Source: Patescibacteria group bacterium (lineage in GTDB: Bacteria > Patescibacteriota > UBA1384 > UBA12157 > JAENIV01). From it: DNA of 64,000 nucleotides. The notes beneath the pieces were generated by a model. The model saw only the letters and a program-made list of their open reading frames with translations. It ran no database searches and was not told where the DNA came from. The DNA lies in contig JBAYHL010000001.1 in assembly GCA_041666185.1 (NCBI GenBank), forward strand, positions 2,421-66,420. The letters run 5' to 3'. Each line of letters begins with the position of its first letter. The stretch's first letter is position 1. This document shows, in pieces, positions 20,524 to 29,919 of this stretch. A program made the translations under genes and the position numbers.

Positions 20524-21039
20524 ATCAAAGAGTTAAAAATTAATCAAGAAATTAGCGCCGACAAGGTTATGCTTATTGACCACGAGGGTAAACCTCAAGG
20601 AGTTGTAGGCTTAGACCAGGCATTGTATCTGGCTTATGAAAATGAGCTTGATTTGGTTCAAGTTGGCTCATCAAATCCCCCTGTAGTCAAAATTATGGAT
20701 TATGGAAAATATCGTTATTCTCAAGAAAAACAAGAATCGAAACAAAAAGTTAAGTCTAAGGGACCAGAAATCAAAGAAGTTCGCTTGAGTTTAAAAATTA
20801 GTTCCCACGATCTGGATTTTAAAACTAAACAAGCCAAAAAATTCTTAAAAAATGGTGATAAAGTTAAAGTGACCGTCAAACTCATGGGAAGAGAAATGAT
20901 GTTTGCCAGCCGTGTCAGAGAAATTTTGGAAAATTTCCGAGCGCAGGCAGAGGGTGAATTTGAAGGGTCAGTCGAAAAACTAGGTAATCGTTTTTCAGCA
21001 ATCTTAAGAGGAAAAAATAATGAAGCAAAAAACAATTAA
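20524..21039 (+). CDS. infC: translation initiation factor IF-3 (probable ATC start)
   Basis: INQEI..V.LID, PPVVKIMDYGKYRY, KEVRLS, GDKVKV; frame open to an ATC after GAGG. Confidence 0.95.
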   Translation: MKELKINQEISADKVMLIDHEGKPQGVVGLDQALYLAYENELDLVQVGSSNPPVVKIMDYGKYRYSQEKQESKQKVKSKGPEIKEVRLSLKISSHDLDFKTKQAKKFLKNGDKVKVTVKLMGREMMFASRVREILENFRAQAEGEFEGSVEKLGNRFSAILRGKNNEAKNN

Positions 21040-21214
21040 AACAGCCGCCAAAAGAGTTACAAAAACAAAAAGCGGTTTAATACAAAGAAGAACACTTTCA
21101 GCTCAACATTTAACTCAAGGAAAGTCAAAAAGAGCTTTGAAAGCAAGCGGCAGACCACAAACTGTTTCTTCGGCTGATGTCAAAAATATTAAAAGAATGG
21201 TCCCTTATATTTAA
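21020..21214 (+). CDS. rpmI: 50S ribosomal protein L35
   Basis: KQKTIKTAAKR; position between infC and rplT. Confidence 0.9.
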   Translation: MKQKTIKTAAKRVTKTKSGLIQRRTLSAQHLTQGKSKRALKASGRPQTVSSADVKNIKRMVPYI

Positions 21215-21234
21215 ATTTTGTTAATGGAGTTATT

Positions 21235-21582
21235 ATGCCTAGAGTAAAACGCGGTACAACCGTAAAAGCTAAACACAAAAAATTATTAAGCAATACTAAA
21301 GGTTTTCGTCATGGACGAAAAAATTTAGTAAAACTTGCCAGACAAGCTGATACCAAAGCTGGTCAATATGCTTACAGAGATCGTCGAACAAAAAAACGAG
21401 ACTTTCGACGACTTTGGATTATTCAAATTAACGCTGCTTGTAAATTAAATGATATTAAATACAGTGTATTTATAAATGGCTTAAAAGCTAAAGAAATTGA
21501 ACTCGATCGCAAAGTTCTTTCTCAAATTGCCCAGGAAAATCCAGATGAATTCAAGAAATTAGTAGAAAAAGTTAGAGCTTAA
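21235..21582 (+). CDS. rplT: 50S ribosomal protein L20
   Basis: MPRVKRG and YAYRDRR..KRDFRRLWI. Confidence 0.99.
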   Translation: MPRVKRGTTVKAKHKKLLSNTKGFRHGRKNLVKLARQADTKAGQYAYRDRRTKKRDFRRLWIIQINAACKLNDIKYSVFINGLKAKEIELDRKVLSQIAQENPDEFKKLVEKVRA

Positions 21583-21641
21583 ATCTTAAAAAAAACCCGG
21601 GAAATACAAAAATAGGTTACCAGAAGGTAGTCTATTTTTGT

Positions 21642-22325
21642 TTAAATTTCGAGTTCCAAGCCATCATAGGCCAAGGTGTATCTTTTATCACCAGTTGCTT
21701 GAACAAGCTTAACCATTTCCTTGTGAGATTTCCTATTATGACCATTATGAGAAAAGTAAATCTTTTTCAAATTCTTAAACGGTGTCGTAATAGCAATTAT
21801 TTCCTTCGTTGCTAAATGACCACCAAATGAACGATCGAAAATTGAACCATCTAAAATAGCGACTTTAACTTCCTTAAGATATTTTAAAGCTAAATTTAAA
21901 GACACACTGTCTGGAATGTAAACTATTTTTTCAGCAATCTCTAAACCAACAGTGGGGACAACGTTGGAATGAGGTACTTTAAAAGCGAAAAAATCTACCC
22001 CCAAAAGCTTAAAATGCTGTCCTGGCTTCATTCTTATAATTCTCAAGTCTCTATTAACCTGTAAAAGATACTTTAGCCCACCAACATGATCACTGTGTTC
22101 GTGGGTAATAATAATTGAATCTAAATTTGTAATTTGCGTATTTGTTAATTGTTTTAAAATATCTGGACCAGCATCAATTAAAATTTTATCGTTAATTAAA
22201 ATTGACGGTTGAAGTCTTTTATCTTTTTTATCCTTTGATTGGCACTGCAAACAATCGCAATCTTTCCTTGGAATAGATTGCCCGCTTGATGTGCCTAAAA
22301 ATTTTATTTTGTAACTCTTTAACAT
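21642..22325 (-). CDS. metallo-beta-lactamase fold hydrolase (PhnP-like)
   Basis: FLGTSS..P..C.C..C, LIDAGPD and THEHSDH motifs. Confidence 0.9.
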   Translation of the reverse strand: MLKSYKIKFLGTSSGQSIPRKDCDCLQCQSKDKKDKRLQPSILINDKILIDAGPDILKQLTNTQITNLDSIIITHEHSDHVGGLKYLLQVNRDLRIIRMKPGQHFKLLGVDFFAFKVPHSNVVPTVGLEIAEKIVYIPDSVSLNLALKYLKEVKVAILDGSIFDRSFGGHLATKEIIAITTPFKNLKKIYFSHNGHNRKSHKEMVKLVQATGDKRYTLAYDGLELEI

Positions 22326-22335
22326 TATTTTAGTG

Positions 22336-22686
22336 CTATCTCTTCCGAAACTTGCGTGACGCACAAGTAACACAAATACTAGCAGCCGGATAGGCTTTCA
22401 GACGACCTTGTTCGATTTTGTCACCACATTCGTCACACTTACCATACTTACCTTTTTCAATTTTTACTAAAGCTTGCTTAGTATCACGAATGAGGTTTTT
22501 AAAATTTTTTTGCAAACTTAAATTTTCTTGAAATTTTTCTAGCTCTTGCACATTTTCGTCTTCAGACCTACCGTACTCGGGAAATTGTTTAGTTAATTTA
22601 TACTGTTCATTCAATCTTTCCAATTCTTTTGAAAGAATTTTTTTCTGTTTTATTATAAATAAACTATCCGAAATTTTTTCAAGCAT
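22336..22686 (-). CDS. TraR/DksA C4-type zinc finger protein
   Basis: YGKCDECG..I..RL.AYP.A..CVTC. Confidence 0.9.
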   Translation of the reverse strand: MLEKISDSLFIIKQKKILSKELERLNEQYKLTKQFPEYGRSEDENVQELEKFQENLSLQKNFKNLIRDTKQALVKIEKGKYGKCDECGDKIEQGRLKAYPAASICVTCASRKFRKR

Positions 22687-23443
22687 CTTTTTCCCTTTCT
22701 CCGTTTAGTACGGAATTTTTTGACTTAGCTAGGAAATATTTAAAAATTAATATAATTAAAACAAAAATGAATAAACTTAAACTGGCTATTTGCCCGCCCC
22801 TTAGAAAATAAAAAATATTCTCTTCCCTTATAAAGTCGATTGCAAATCTACCTAAAGCATAACCACCTACCCCAACAAAGAAAATAAATCCATCACCAAA
22901 TTTTTTAATAAAATTAAAATGAGATAAATATAATAATGCGCCTGCTAAAACAAAGACCCAGATCGCCTCAAAAAGACTAACTGGTATTTCGCCTTGAATT
23001 GCCAACCAACTGTCTGAAATTATTCCCGGAGTGTCGCCAGAGAGAAAACAACCTATTCGACCAAAACCCCAACCAAACAATAAACCAATTATTCCAACAT
23101 CAAACCATTTTAAAATATTTTGTTTTCTACGTTTTAAAATCAACCAGGCTGCAAGAAATCCAAAAATAAGACCGCCAAAGGAAACTAAGCCACCATACCA
23201 AATAAAAAACATTTCATGCCAATTTTGAAATTGATAATAATACAAAACAACATAAGCAATTCTTGCACCAATAAGTCCAGCAAACAAAGAAAAAACTATC
23301 AAATCAAATAAAAACTTTGTTGGTAATTTTTCTCTCCGAGCAAGACCAAAAATAGTCAAGCCGCCTACTAAACAACCAATGGCGATCATTAAACCATGAG
23401 TGTAAAAATTTACTTGTCCAATACTAAAAAGAATCGGATACAC
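22679..23443 (-). CDS. lgt: prolipoprotein diacylglyceryl transferase
   Basis: MYPILF, GARIAYV, GGLVSFGG, GRIGCF..G and RF.IDFIR motifs. Confidence 0.92.
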   Translation of the reverse strand: MYPILFSIGQVNFYTHGLMIAIGCLVGGLTIFGLARREKLPTKFLFDLIVFSLFAGLIGARIAYVVLYYYQFQNWHEMFFIWYGGLVSFGGLIFGFLAAWLILKRRKQNILKWFDVGIIGLLFGWGFGRIGCFLSGDTPGIISDSWLAIQGEIPVSLFEAIWVFVLAGALLYLSHFNFIKKFGDGFIFFVGVGGYALGRFAIDFIREENIFYFLRGGQIASLSLFIFVLIILIFKYFLAKSKNSVLNGEREKDA

Positions 23444-23575
23444 CTGTTCCTCCTAGAATTTGTTTTAATATTGATTTCATCTTGATTATCGTCTTTCAGA
23501 GGGTAAATGTCAATTATAAAGTTGAAAGATTGTTAAATTTCATTTAGAATGCAAAAAAGAGATATTTTTGATGTG

Positions 23576-23650
23576 GGACAATTAGCTCAGCGGTAGAGCG
23601 CTTCGTTCACATCGAAGAAGTCGCTGGTTCGAATCCAGCATTGTCCACCA
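23576..23650 (+). tRNA. tRNA-Val(CAC)
   Basis: GGACAAT/ATTGTCC stem, CTTCG-TTCACAT-CGAAG anticodon arm, CCA end. Confidence 0.96.
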
Positions 23651-23740
23651 CTTCGTCCCATTAAACGGGACTCAGTGTAAACTAAGTTTGCACTGCATAT
23701 AATTTATTAAGTTTACATTGAGGAGTTTAGCGACGAAATG
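23649..23740. repeat. inverted pair of REP-like elements between tRNA-Val and lepB
   Basis: CACTTCG..CTCAGTGTAAAC and GTTTACATTGAG..CGAAATG. Confidence 0.55.
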
Positions 23741-24526
23741 AAATATTTTATCATTGCTCTTATTAACAGTGTTTACGGCATCTTACTCTTAGCAACTCTA
23801 AGCCGCGAAACGGCTGGTTTCTATTTAGTTATTTTTATTGGATTGGTTTTGACAATTTTAGGTTTTATTGGTCTTGGCTTATGGTTTTGGAAAACAATTT
23901 GTAGTGGCAAAAGCTGTGATCAATCGACTGTTTTGAAAAATTGGTTTCAAGTTGCTAAAAGTATTGATGTCTTGTTGGTTATTGGCTTACTGTTTCGCAG
24001 TTTTGTTCTTCAACCATTTCTAGTTGAAGGTAATTCAATGGAACCAAACTATCATAATAAAGAATTTCTTCTCGTAGATAGAATTACTTACGAATTTCGT
24101 AAACCTAATCGAGGAGAAGTAATTATTTTTCGTTTTCCTAAAAATCCATCGGAAGATTACATTAAAAGAATTATCGGTTTACCCGGCGATAATATTAAAA
24201 TTGAAAATAGTCAGGTTTTTATTAATAATGTCTTATCATCGGAAAACTATCTTTCGCCTGGCACACAAACCGACATTGACGCAAGCACTTCAAACAGTCT
24301 TAATACCACTCTAAAACAAGGTGAATATTTTGTTTTGGGTGATAACCGTAACGCTTCTTCCGATTCAAGAGAATGGGGCACTGTACCGGAAAAAAATATT
24401 ATTGGTCGAACATGGTTTGTTGTCTTTCCTATTAAAAATTTTGGTAAAATTAATAATCCCCAGATTTCTTTTAATAACGATTTTATTTTGAGTTCTCTTG
24501 TAAACACAAAAAGCTTCATTAACTAA
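23738..24526 (+). CDS. lepB: signal peptidase I
   Basis: GNSMEP (Ser), YIKRIIGLPGD (Lys), GDNR..S.DSR. Confidence 0.96.
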   Translation: MKYFIIALINSVYGILLLATLSRETAGFYLVIFIGLVLTILGFIGLGLWFWKTICSGKSCDQSTVLKNWFQVAKSIDVLLVIGLLFRSFVLQPFLVEGNSMEPNYHNKEFLLVDRITYEFRKPNRGEVIIFRFPKNPSEDYIKRIIGLPGDNIKIENSQVFINNVLSSENYLSPGTQTDIDASTSNSLNTTLKQGEYFVLGDNRNASSDSREWGTVPEKNIIGRTWFVVFPIKNFGKINNPQISFNNDFILSSLVNTKSFIN

Positions 24527-24561
24527 TTCGCTCTTCTTGTTTTCTCTGTGATACAATAAAA

Positions 24562-25458
24562 ATGAATTTTATCATGAAGGAATGTTATTTATACAAAACA
24601 GAGGGTGATTATATTCAATGTCAAACCTGTAGTCACCGTTGCAGAATCGCTCCTTTTAAAAGAGGTATTTGTGGTGTACGAGAAAATCAACATGGTAAAC
24701 TCTATCTCTTAATTTACGGCCGCATTATTGCTGAGAACATTGATCCAATCGAAAAGAAGCCTCTTTACCACTTCATGCCAAAAACAAAAACACTCTCAAT
24801 CGCTACTGTTGGTTGTAATTTTCGTTGTGCATGGTGTCAAAATTTCGATATTTCGCAATGCCCCAAAGATAACGCTAACCGCACAGAAATTACTAACAAA
24901 ATAGGGGTTGAAATGGAACCCACTCAAATTGTTGAAGACGCTTTAAAAAATAAATGCCCATCAATTTCTTACACTTATACCGAACCAACAATTTTTTTAG
25001 AGCTTGCTCTTGATACAATGAAATTAGCTAAAAAAGAAGGGTTGAAAAATATTTGGGTTTCCAATGGCTATATGACCAAGGAAACTTTGGATCTAATTTC
25101 ACCATATCTAGATGCTATCAATATCGATTTAAAAGGTTTTAATGAAGAAAAATATCAAAAATTTACTGGAGGCAAACTCCAACCTGTTCTAGAAAATATT
25201 GAAGAAATTTATAAACGAAAAATTCATCTGGAAGTTACAACTTTAATTGTTCCAGGAGTTAACGATGAGGAGCAAGAATTGCGACAAATCGCCAAATTTT
25301 TAGCAAAAATTTCTCCAGAAATTCCCTGGCATATTTCTCGTTTTTTCCCAAGCTTTAAAATGCCAAACGCTCCCCTAACACCAGCAGAAACTCTAAAACT
25401 TGCTGAAAAACTTGGCAAAGATGCCGGATTAAAGTATATTCACATTGGTAATATTTGA
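24562..25458 (+). CDS. amrS: AmmeMemoRadiSam system radical SAM enzyme
   Basis: DPIEKKPLYHF, GCNFRCAWCQN and YTYTEPT. Confidence 0.93.
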   Translation: MNFIMKECYLYKTEGDYIQCQTCSHRCRIAPFKRGICGVRENQHGKLYLLIYGRIIAENIDPIEKKPLYHFMPKTKTLSIATVGCNFRCAWCQNFDISQCPKDNANRTEITNKIGVEMEPTQIVEDALKNKCPSISYTYTEPTIFLELALDTMKLAKKEGLKNIWVSNGYMTKETLDLISPYLDAINIDLKGFNEEKYQKFTGGKLQPVLENIEEIYKRKIHLEVTTLIVPGVNDEEQELRQIAKFLAKISPEIPWHISRFFPSFKMPNAPLTPAETLKLAEKLGKDAGLKYIHIGNI

Positions 25459-25477
25459 TCACGTTACAAGGAGTTAA

Positions 25478-26290
25478 ATGTCATTAAATTTCGCGGCTAT
25501 TTCGCCTCATCCACCAATTATTATTCCTGGTGTTGGTAATAATGAAGATTTGCAACAAGCCGCTTTAACAGTCCAAGCAATGAAAAGAATGGCTTTTGCT
25601 TTTCAAAAAGCCGAAATCGATACCTTGATTATCATTTCACCTCACATGCTAATTTACCCTGATAAATTTAATATCTGTGGTATGAAAAAACTGTTTGGTT
25701 CTTTTGCTAATACTGGCGCTCCTGATATTATGGTTGAAGGAAACAACAATCTCGACTTAGCTTACGAAATCGACAAACATGGTAATTTAGAAGATATAAA
25801 AACACTTCTTTACAATAACGACGGTGAATTTTTTGAACTTGACCACGGAACTATGGTGCCTTTATTTTATTTAAATGCTCTCAAGGAATCTTCTTTTAAA
25901 ATTATTCCTATTGCTTATTCTAATTTATCTCGAGCAGCCCATTTTTCTTTTGGCCAAATGATATACGAAATTATTAAAAATTATCCAGGCAGAGTAGGAG
26001 TTATCGCTTCCGGTGACCTTTCGCATCGTCTAAATCACGGCAATTATGAAGAAACAAAAGCTGGTGAAAATTTTGATAAAAAAATTGTCAGTGATTTGCA
26101 AGAAGGAAATGCCAAAGATTTGCTTTATTACGACGAAGAATTTGTTGAGCTTGCCGGTGAATGTGGCTACCGATCAATTTTAATTCTTTTAGGAATTCTT
26201 TCTGAGCTCAACTCAACACCAGAAATACTTTCTTATGAAGGCCCATTTGGTGTTGGCTACTTAGTCGCTAATTACAAATTTAATAATTAA
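25478..26290 (+). CDS. amrB: AmmeMemoRadiSam system protein B (Memo/LigB fold)
   Basis: SPHPP, ISPH, DHG, ASGDLSH, ECG and YEGPFGVGY. Confidence 0.9.
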   Translation: MSLNFAAISPHPPIIIPGVGNNEDLQQAALTVQAMKRMAFAFQKAEIDTLIIISPHMLIYPDKFNICGMKKLFGSFANTGAPDIMVEGNNNLDLAYEIDKHGNLEDIKTLLYNNDGEFFELDHGTMVPLFYLNALKESSFKIIPIAYSNLSRAAHFSFGQMIYEIIKNYPGRVGVIASGDLSHRLNHGNYEETKAGENFDKKIVSDLQEGNAKDLLYYDEEFVELAGECGYRSILILLGILSELNSTPEILSYEGPFGVGYLVANYKFNN

Positions 26291-26299
26291 TAAAAAAAT

Positions 26300-26818
26300 A
26301 TGGATATTTATACAGAACTTGCTAAAAAAACAATTCAACAATATCTTAAAAACGAAAGCTTACCAGAAACAAAAGATTTACCAAAAGATCTTTTAAGTAA
26401 ACGCGCTGGTTGCTTTGTTTCTTTGCACTCTAAAAAAGATAAGAGTCTTCGCGGCTGCATTGGAACAATTTTACCGGTTTATAAAAATTTGGCTGGTGAA
26501 ATTATAAGCAATACTGTTGCCGCTTGTCACGATTCACGTTTTAAACCTGTTTCGGTAAAAGAAATTAACGATTTGGATATCCAAGTTGATATTCTATCAG
26601 AGCCAGAACATATACTTTCCCAAAAATCTCTCAATCCTAAAAAATACGGTGTTATTGTTAAAGCTAATGATGGCCGAACAGGATTGCTGCTACCAGATTT
26701 AGAAGAAATTAATGACGTTAGCTACCAAATTGCCGTTGCTCGCCAAAAAGCCGGCATTACCCCAGAAGAATTAGTGTATTTATATAGATTTACCGTCGAA
26801 AGACACAAGGGCAACTAA
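26300..26818 (+). CDS. amrA: AmmeMemoRadiSam system protein A (AMMECR1 domain)
   Basis: GCFVSL, LRGCIGT, DSRF and GLLLPD. Confidence 0.93.
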   Translation: MDIYTELAKKTIQQYLKNESLPETKDLPKDLLSKRAGCFVSLHSKKDKSLRGCIGTILPVYKNLAGEIISNTVAACHDSRFKPVSVKEINDLDIQVDILSEPEHILSQKSLNPKKYGVIVKANDGRTGLLLPDLEEINDVSYQIAVARQKAGITPEELVYLYRFTVERHKGN

Positions 26819-28635
26819 TGCAAATTGCTCAAGTTGTTCCAAAAGCCAAAACTTTAAATACAGATGTTTTTGACTATTCTATCCCCCCCGAACTCTTACC
26901 CCAAATTCGACCAGGATTACTAGTCGAAATTCCTTTTCACGGACGAAAAATTGAAGGAATAATTATTAATTTAAAAAGATCTTCCCACATCCCTCGCCTT
27001 CTACCTATTATCTCCGTCATTGATCCCGAACCAGTTGTTGATAAAACCCATATTAGACTGGCAGAGTGGATGTCTAATTATTATTTAATTCCTTTAGGCA
27101 AAACCCTCTTTGAAAATATTGTCCCACCAGCTAAAAGAACAATTAAAAACCTTACTAAAGAAGAAAAACCATTAACAATTGCTAAGGTAGTTAAAAAAAA
27201 TAAATATCAGAAAAGTCGTAAATATTTAATTGTGGCTGATTTCAATCACCGTTTAAAATTTTACTTGCAAGCTATTGAAAAGACCTTAGCTCAAAAAAAG
27301 CAAGTTCTAATTTTAATTCCAGACCTTGGAATGCTTCATTTCTTTACAAAATCATTACCACAAGCTAACTTGGGTTTTATCCATTCGCAAATGACTAAAA
27401 CCCAAAGATGGTTAGAATGGGAAAAAATTCGACAAGGAAAAACCAAAATTATCATTGGTTCACAGTCAGCAATTTTTGCGCCAACAAATAATTTAGGCTT
27501 GATAATTATCGATCAAGAAGAAAATGAAACTTATAAAAATGACCGGTCACCTCGCTTTCATGTTGTTAATGTTGCTGAAGAACTATCTAAATTGACGGCC
27601 GTAACTTTAGTTATTGGTTCCCTAACGCCTAGGGTTGAAACTTATTTTAAAGCACTTAAAAATATCTATACTTTGAAAAAAATTGAAGAAAAACCCCGGT
27701 CAATTACTATTGTAGACATGAATAATCAGCATCAAGCCGTAAGTCTGCCCTTACAACAAAAAGTTGAAGAAAATTTAAAACTTAAGAAAAAAATTATTTT
27801 AGTTCTAAATCGAAAAGGCGAAGGTATAAAGTATGCTTGTCCAGACTGTCACTGGACAGCGACATGTGAAAAATGTGGAATGCCTTTAACGCCACAAGAG
27901 GATAGATTATTTTGTTTTAGATGCGAAAAAAGTGTTCTACCTCCTCAAAAATGCCCTAAATGCCAAAGCGTTCATCTTAAACCATTTGGTTTAGGTACTC
28001 GTAGATTAGAAAAAATCCTCAAAAATCTTTGGAACAAAGCAAGTATTGTTCGGATTGAAGATGAAAAACAATTCGAATTTAAAAAAAACCAATGGGATAT
28101 TGCTATTGTTACTTCTTACGCTCTAAAATTTAACCTCCCACCAATCGGCTTGTCAGGAATTATTGATGCTGATCAAGGTTTTAATTTTCCAGACTTTCGG
28201 TCAGCCGAAAAAACCTTTCAAAATTTATATAAATTTTTAAAAATAGGCGGGGAGGGAATAATTCAAACGCATTCCCCAGATAACCCAACAATTTCTGCTC
28301 TCGCTAAATTAAGTTATGAAAATTTTTTTACTAACGAATTATCTGTAAGACAAACTTTTGATTTCCCGCCTTTTGTGCAACTTATTCGCCTACTTTACAA
28401 AAACGTTACCAAAGAAAATACCCAAAAAGAAACCGAAAGAGTCTCTAAATTACTTGAAAATATTGTTTCTATTCTTGGACCAACGCCAGCTTTTATTGAA
28501 AGGAAGCGAGGATATTACTGTTGGCAAATTTTGATTAAAATTCAGAGACAAAAGCAATTAGAAGAAATTAAAAACATTCTTACACTACTTCCACAAGGTT
28601 GGGTAGTTGATGTTGACCCCATTAATTTACTATAA
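26818..28635 (+). CDS. priA: primosomal protein N' (PriA) with degenerate helicase motifs
   Basis: FDYSIP..G..VEIPF N-domain, four CxxC motifs, PPF..L and DVDP C-terminus. Confidence 0.88.
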   Translation: MQIAQVVPKAKTLNTDVFDYSIPPELLPQIRPGLLVEIPFHGRKIEGIIINLKRSSHIPRLLPIISVIDPEPVVDKTHIRLAEWMSNYYLIPLGKTLFENIVPPAKRTIKNLTKEEKPLTIAKVVKKNKYQKSRKYLIVADFNHRLKFYLQAIEKTLAQKKQVLILIPDLGMLHFFTKSLPQANLGFIHSQMTKTQRWLEWEKIRQGKTKIIIGSQSAIFAPTNNLGLIIIDQEENETYKNDRSPRFHVVNVAEELSKLTAVTLVIGSLTPRVETYFKALKNIYTLKKIEEKPRSITIVDMNNQHQAVSLPLQQKVEENLKLKKKIILVLNRKGEGIKYACPDCHWTATCEKCGMPLTPQEDRLFCFRCEKSVLPPQKCPKCQSVHLKPFGLGTRRLEKILKNLWNKASIVRIEDEKQFEFKKNQWDIAIVTSYALKFNLPPIGLSGIIDADQGFNFPDFRSAEKTFQNLYKFLKIGGEGIIQTHSPDNPTISALAKLSYENFFTNELSVRQTFDFPPFVQLIRLLYKNVTKENTQKETERVSKLLENIVSILGPTPAFIERKRGYYCWQILIKIQRQKQLEEIKNILTLLPQGWVVDVDPINLL

Positions 28636-28645
28636 CGCAATCAGA

Positions 28646-28713
28646 ATTGCGATATATCGCTGGAAAGCGTTATAGCACAACCGCATTGTGATATATCGCT
28701 GGAAAGCGTTATA
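28646..28713. repeat. two 29-bp direct repeats with internal palindrome
   Basis: ATTGYGATATATCGCTGGAAAGCGTTATA at 28646 and 28685 (one mismatch). Confidence 0.85.
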
Positions 28714-28767
28714 ATTATAGGTAGCATAAGAAAATAAAAATGAAACCTTCGGAGGGGAGGGATTAGT

Positions 28768-29919
28768 TTGCGTATTGGCATTTTTACTGAATGTTATCAC
28801 CCGATTTTAAATGGCGTGGTTGTTTCTATTGATACTTTTAAAAGTGAACTAGAAAAGCGTGGCCATAAGTTTTTTATTTTCGCGCCTTCAAATAGTAAGT
28901 GCGAGGATAACCCTATTAATGTCTTTCGGTACCCAGCGCTTCCTTGGCCAAAAGACTATCCTTTAGCTTTCCCCTATCTAGCACCTTTACAACAAGCTCG
29001 AATTCAAGATTTAAGGCTAGATATTGTTCATACCCAACATATGTTTACTATGGGAAGATTAGGGTTAAGACTCTCTCGAAAATTAAATATTCCTATTGTT
29101 CACACTTACCACACTTTGATTTCCGAATATGTTCACTATGTTCCTCTTGTGCCCAAAAGCTTAACAAAGGCAGCTATCATCCATCTTACAAGGAATTACT
29201 GCAATAACTGCGATCAGATTGTTACTCCTTCACCTTCAATGCAAAAGATATTACGTTCTTATGGTGTCAAAAAACCAATTGAGGCCATTCCAACAGGAGT
29301 TTATTTAGAGAACCTTGCTGACCCTTACCATAAAGAGGTTTTGAAAACTAAATGGCAAATTCCAGAAAATAAAAAAATCCTTCTTTATGTTAGTCGAGTT
29401 GCTAAGGAAAAAAACCTTGATTTTCTTTTTCGAGTAATCAAAAAGTTGTCCGCAAAAAGGCAAGATTTCCACTTGTTAGTAGTAGGCGGTGGACCAGAAC
29501 TTGAACACTATCAAAACTTAGTTAAGACTCAGGAATTGTCTTCTTATGTTACCTTCACTGGTATGCAAGAAAAAAAGAAAGCTAATCGATTTTTTGGCGC
29601 TGCAGATATTTTTGTTTTTCCTTCTATTACGGAAACACAGGGAATTGTCATCACTGAAGCAATGGCCGCTGGCATTCCTGCTGTTGCAATAAATAAAATG
29701 GGACCATCTGATATTATTAAAGACGGTGTTGATGGTTTCCTCACACCATTGAATGTTGAAACCTTTTCTGCTAGAATAGAATCTCTTTTAGAAAACAGTG
29801 ATTTAAGAAAAACTTTCAGTCGCAACGCTAAAGAAAATGCGGAGAAATTTTCTGCCAAAGCATGCGCTGACAAAATGGAAAAACTTTATGAAAAAACAAT
29901 TAGTTACCATTCCGAATAA
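28768..29919 (+). CDS. GT4 family glycosyltransferase
   Basis: MRIGIFTECY.P..NGV, HTYHT and ETQGIVITEAMAAG. Confidence 0.93.
   Translation: MRIGIFTECYHPILNGVVVSIDTFKSELEKRGHKFFIFAPSNSKCEDNPINVFRYPALPWPKDYPLAFPYLAPLQQARIQDLRLDIVHTQHMFTMGRLGLRLSRKLNIPIVHTYHTLISEYVHYVPLVPKSLTKAAIIHLTRNYCNNCDQIVTPSPSMQKILRSYGVKKPIEAIPTGVYLENLADPYHKEVLKTKWQIPENKKILLYVSRVAKEKNLDFLFRVIKKLSAKRQDFHLLVVGGGPELEHYQNLVKTQELSSYVTFTGMQEKKKANRFFGAADIFVFPSITETQGIVITEAMAAGIPAVAINKMGPSDIIKDGVDGFLTPLNVETFSARIESLLENSDLRKTFSRNAKENAEKFSAKACADKMEKLYEKTISYHSE

Noticed and set aside
28646-28713. Possible mini-CRISPR
   Set aside because: Only two repeats with a 10-bp spacer, and no cas genes
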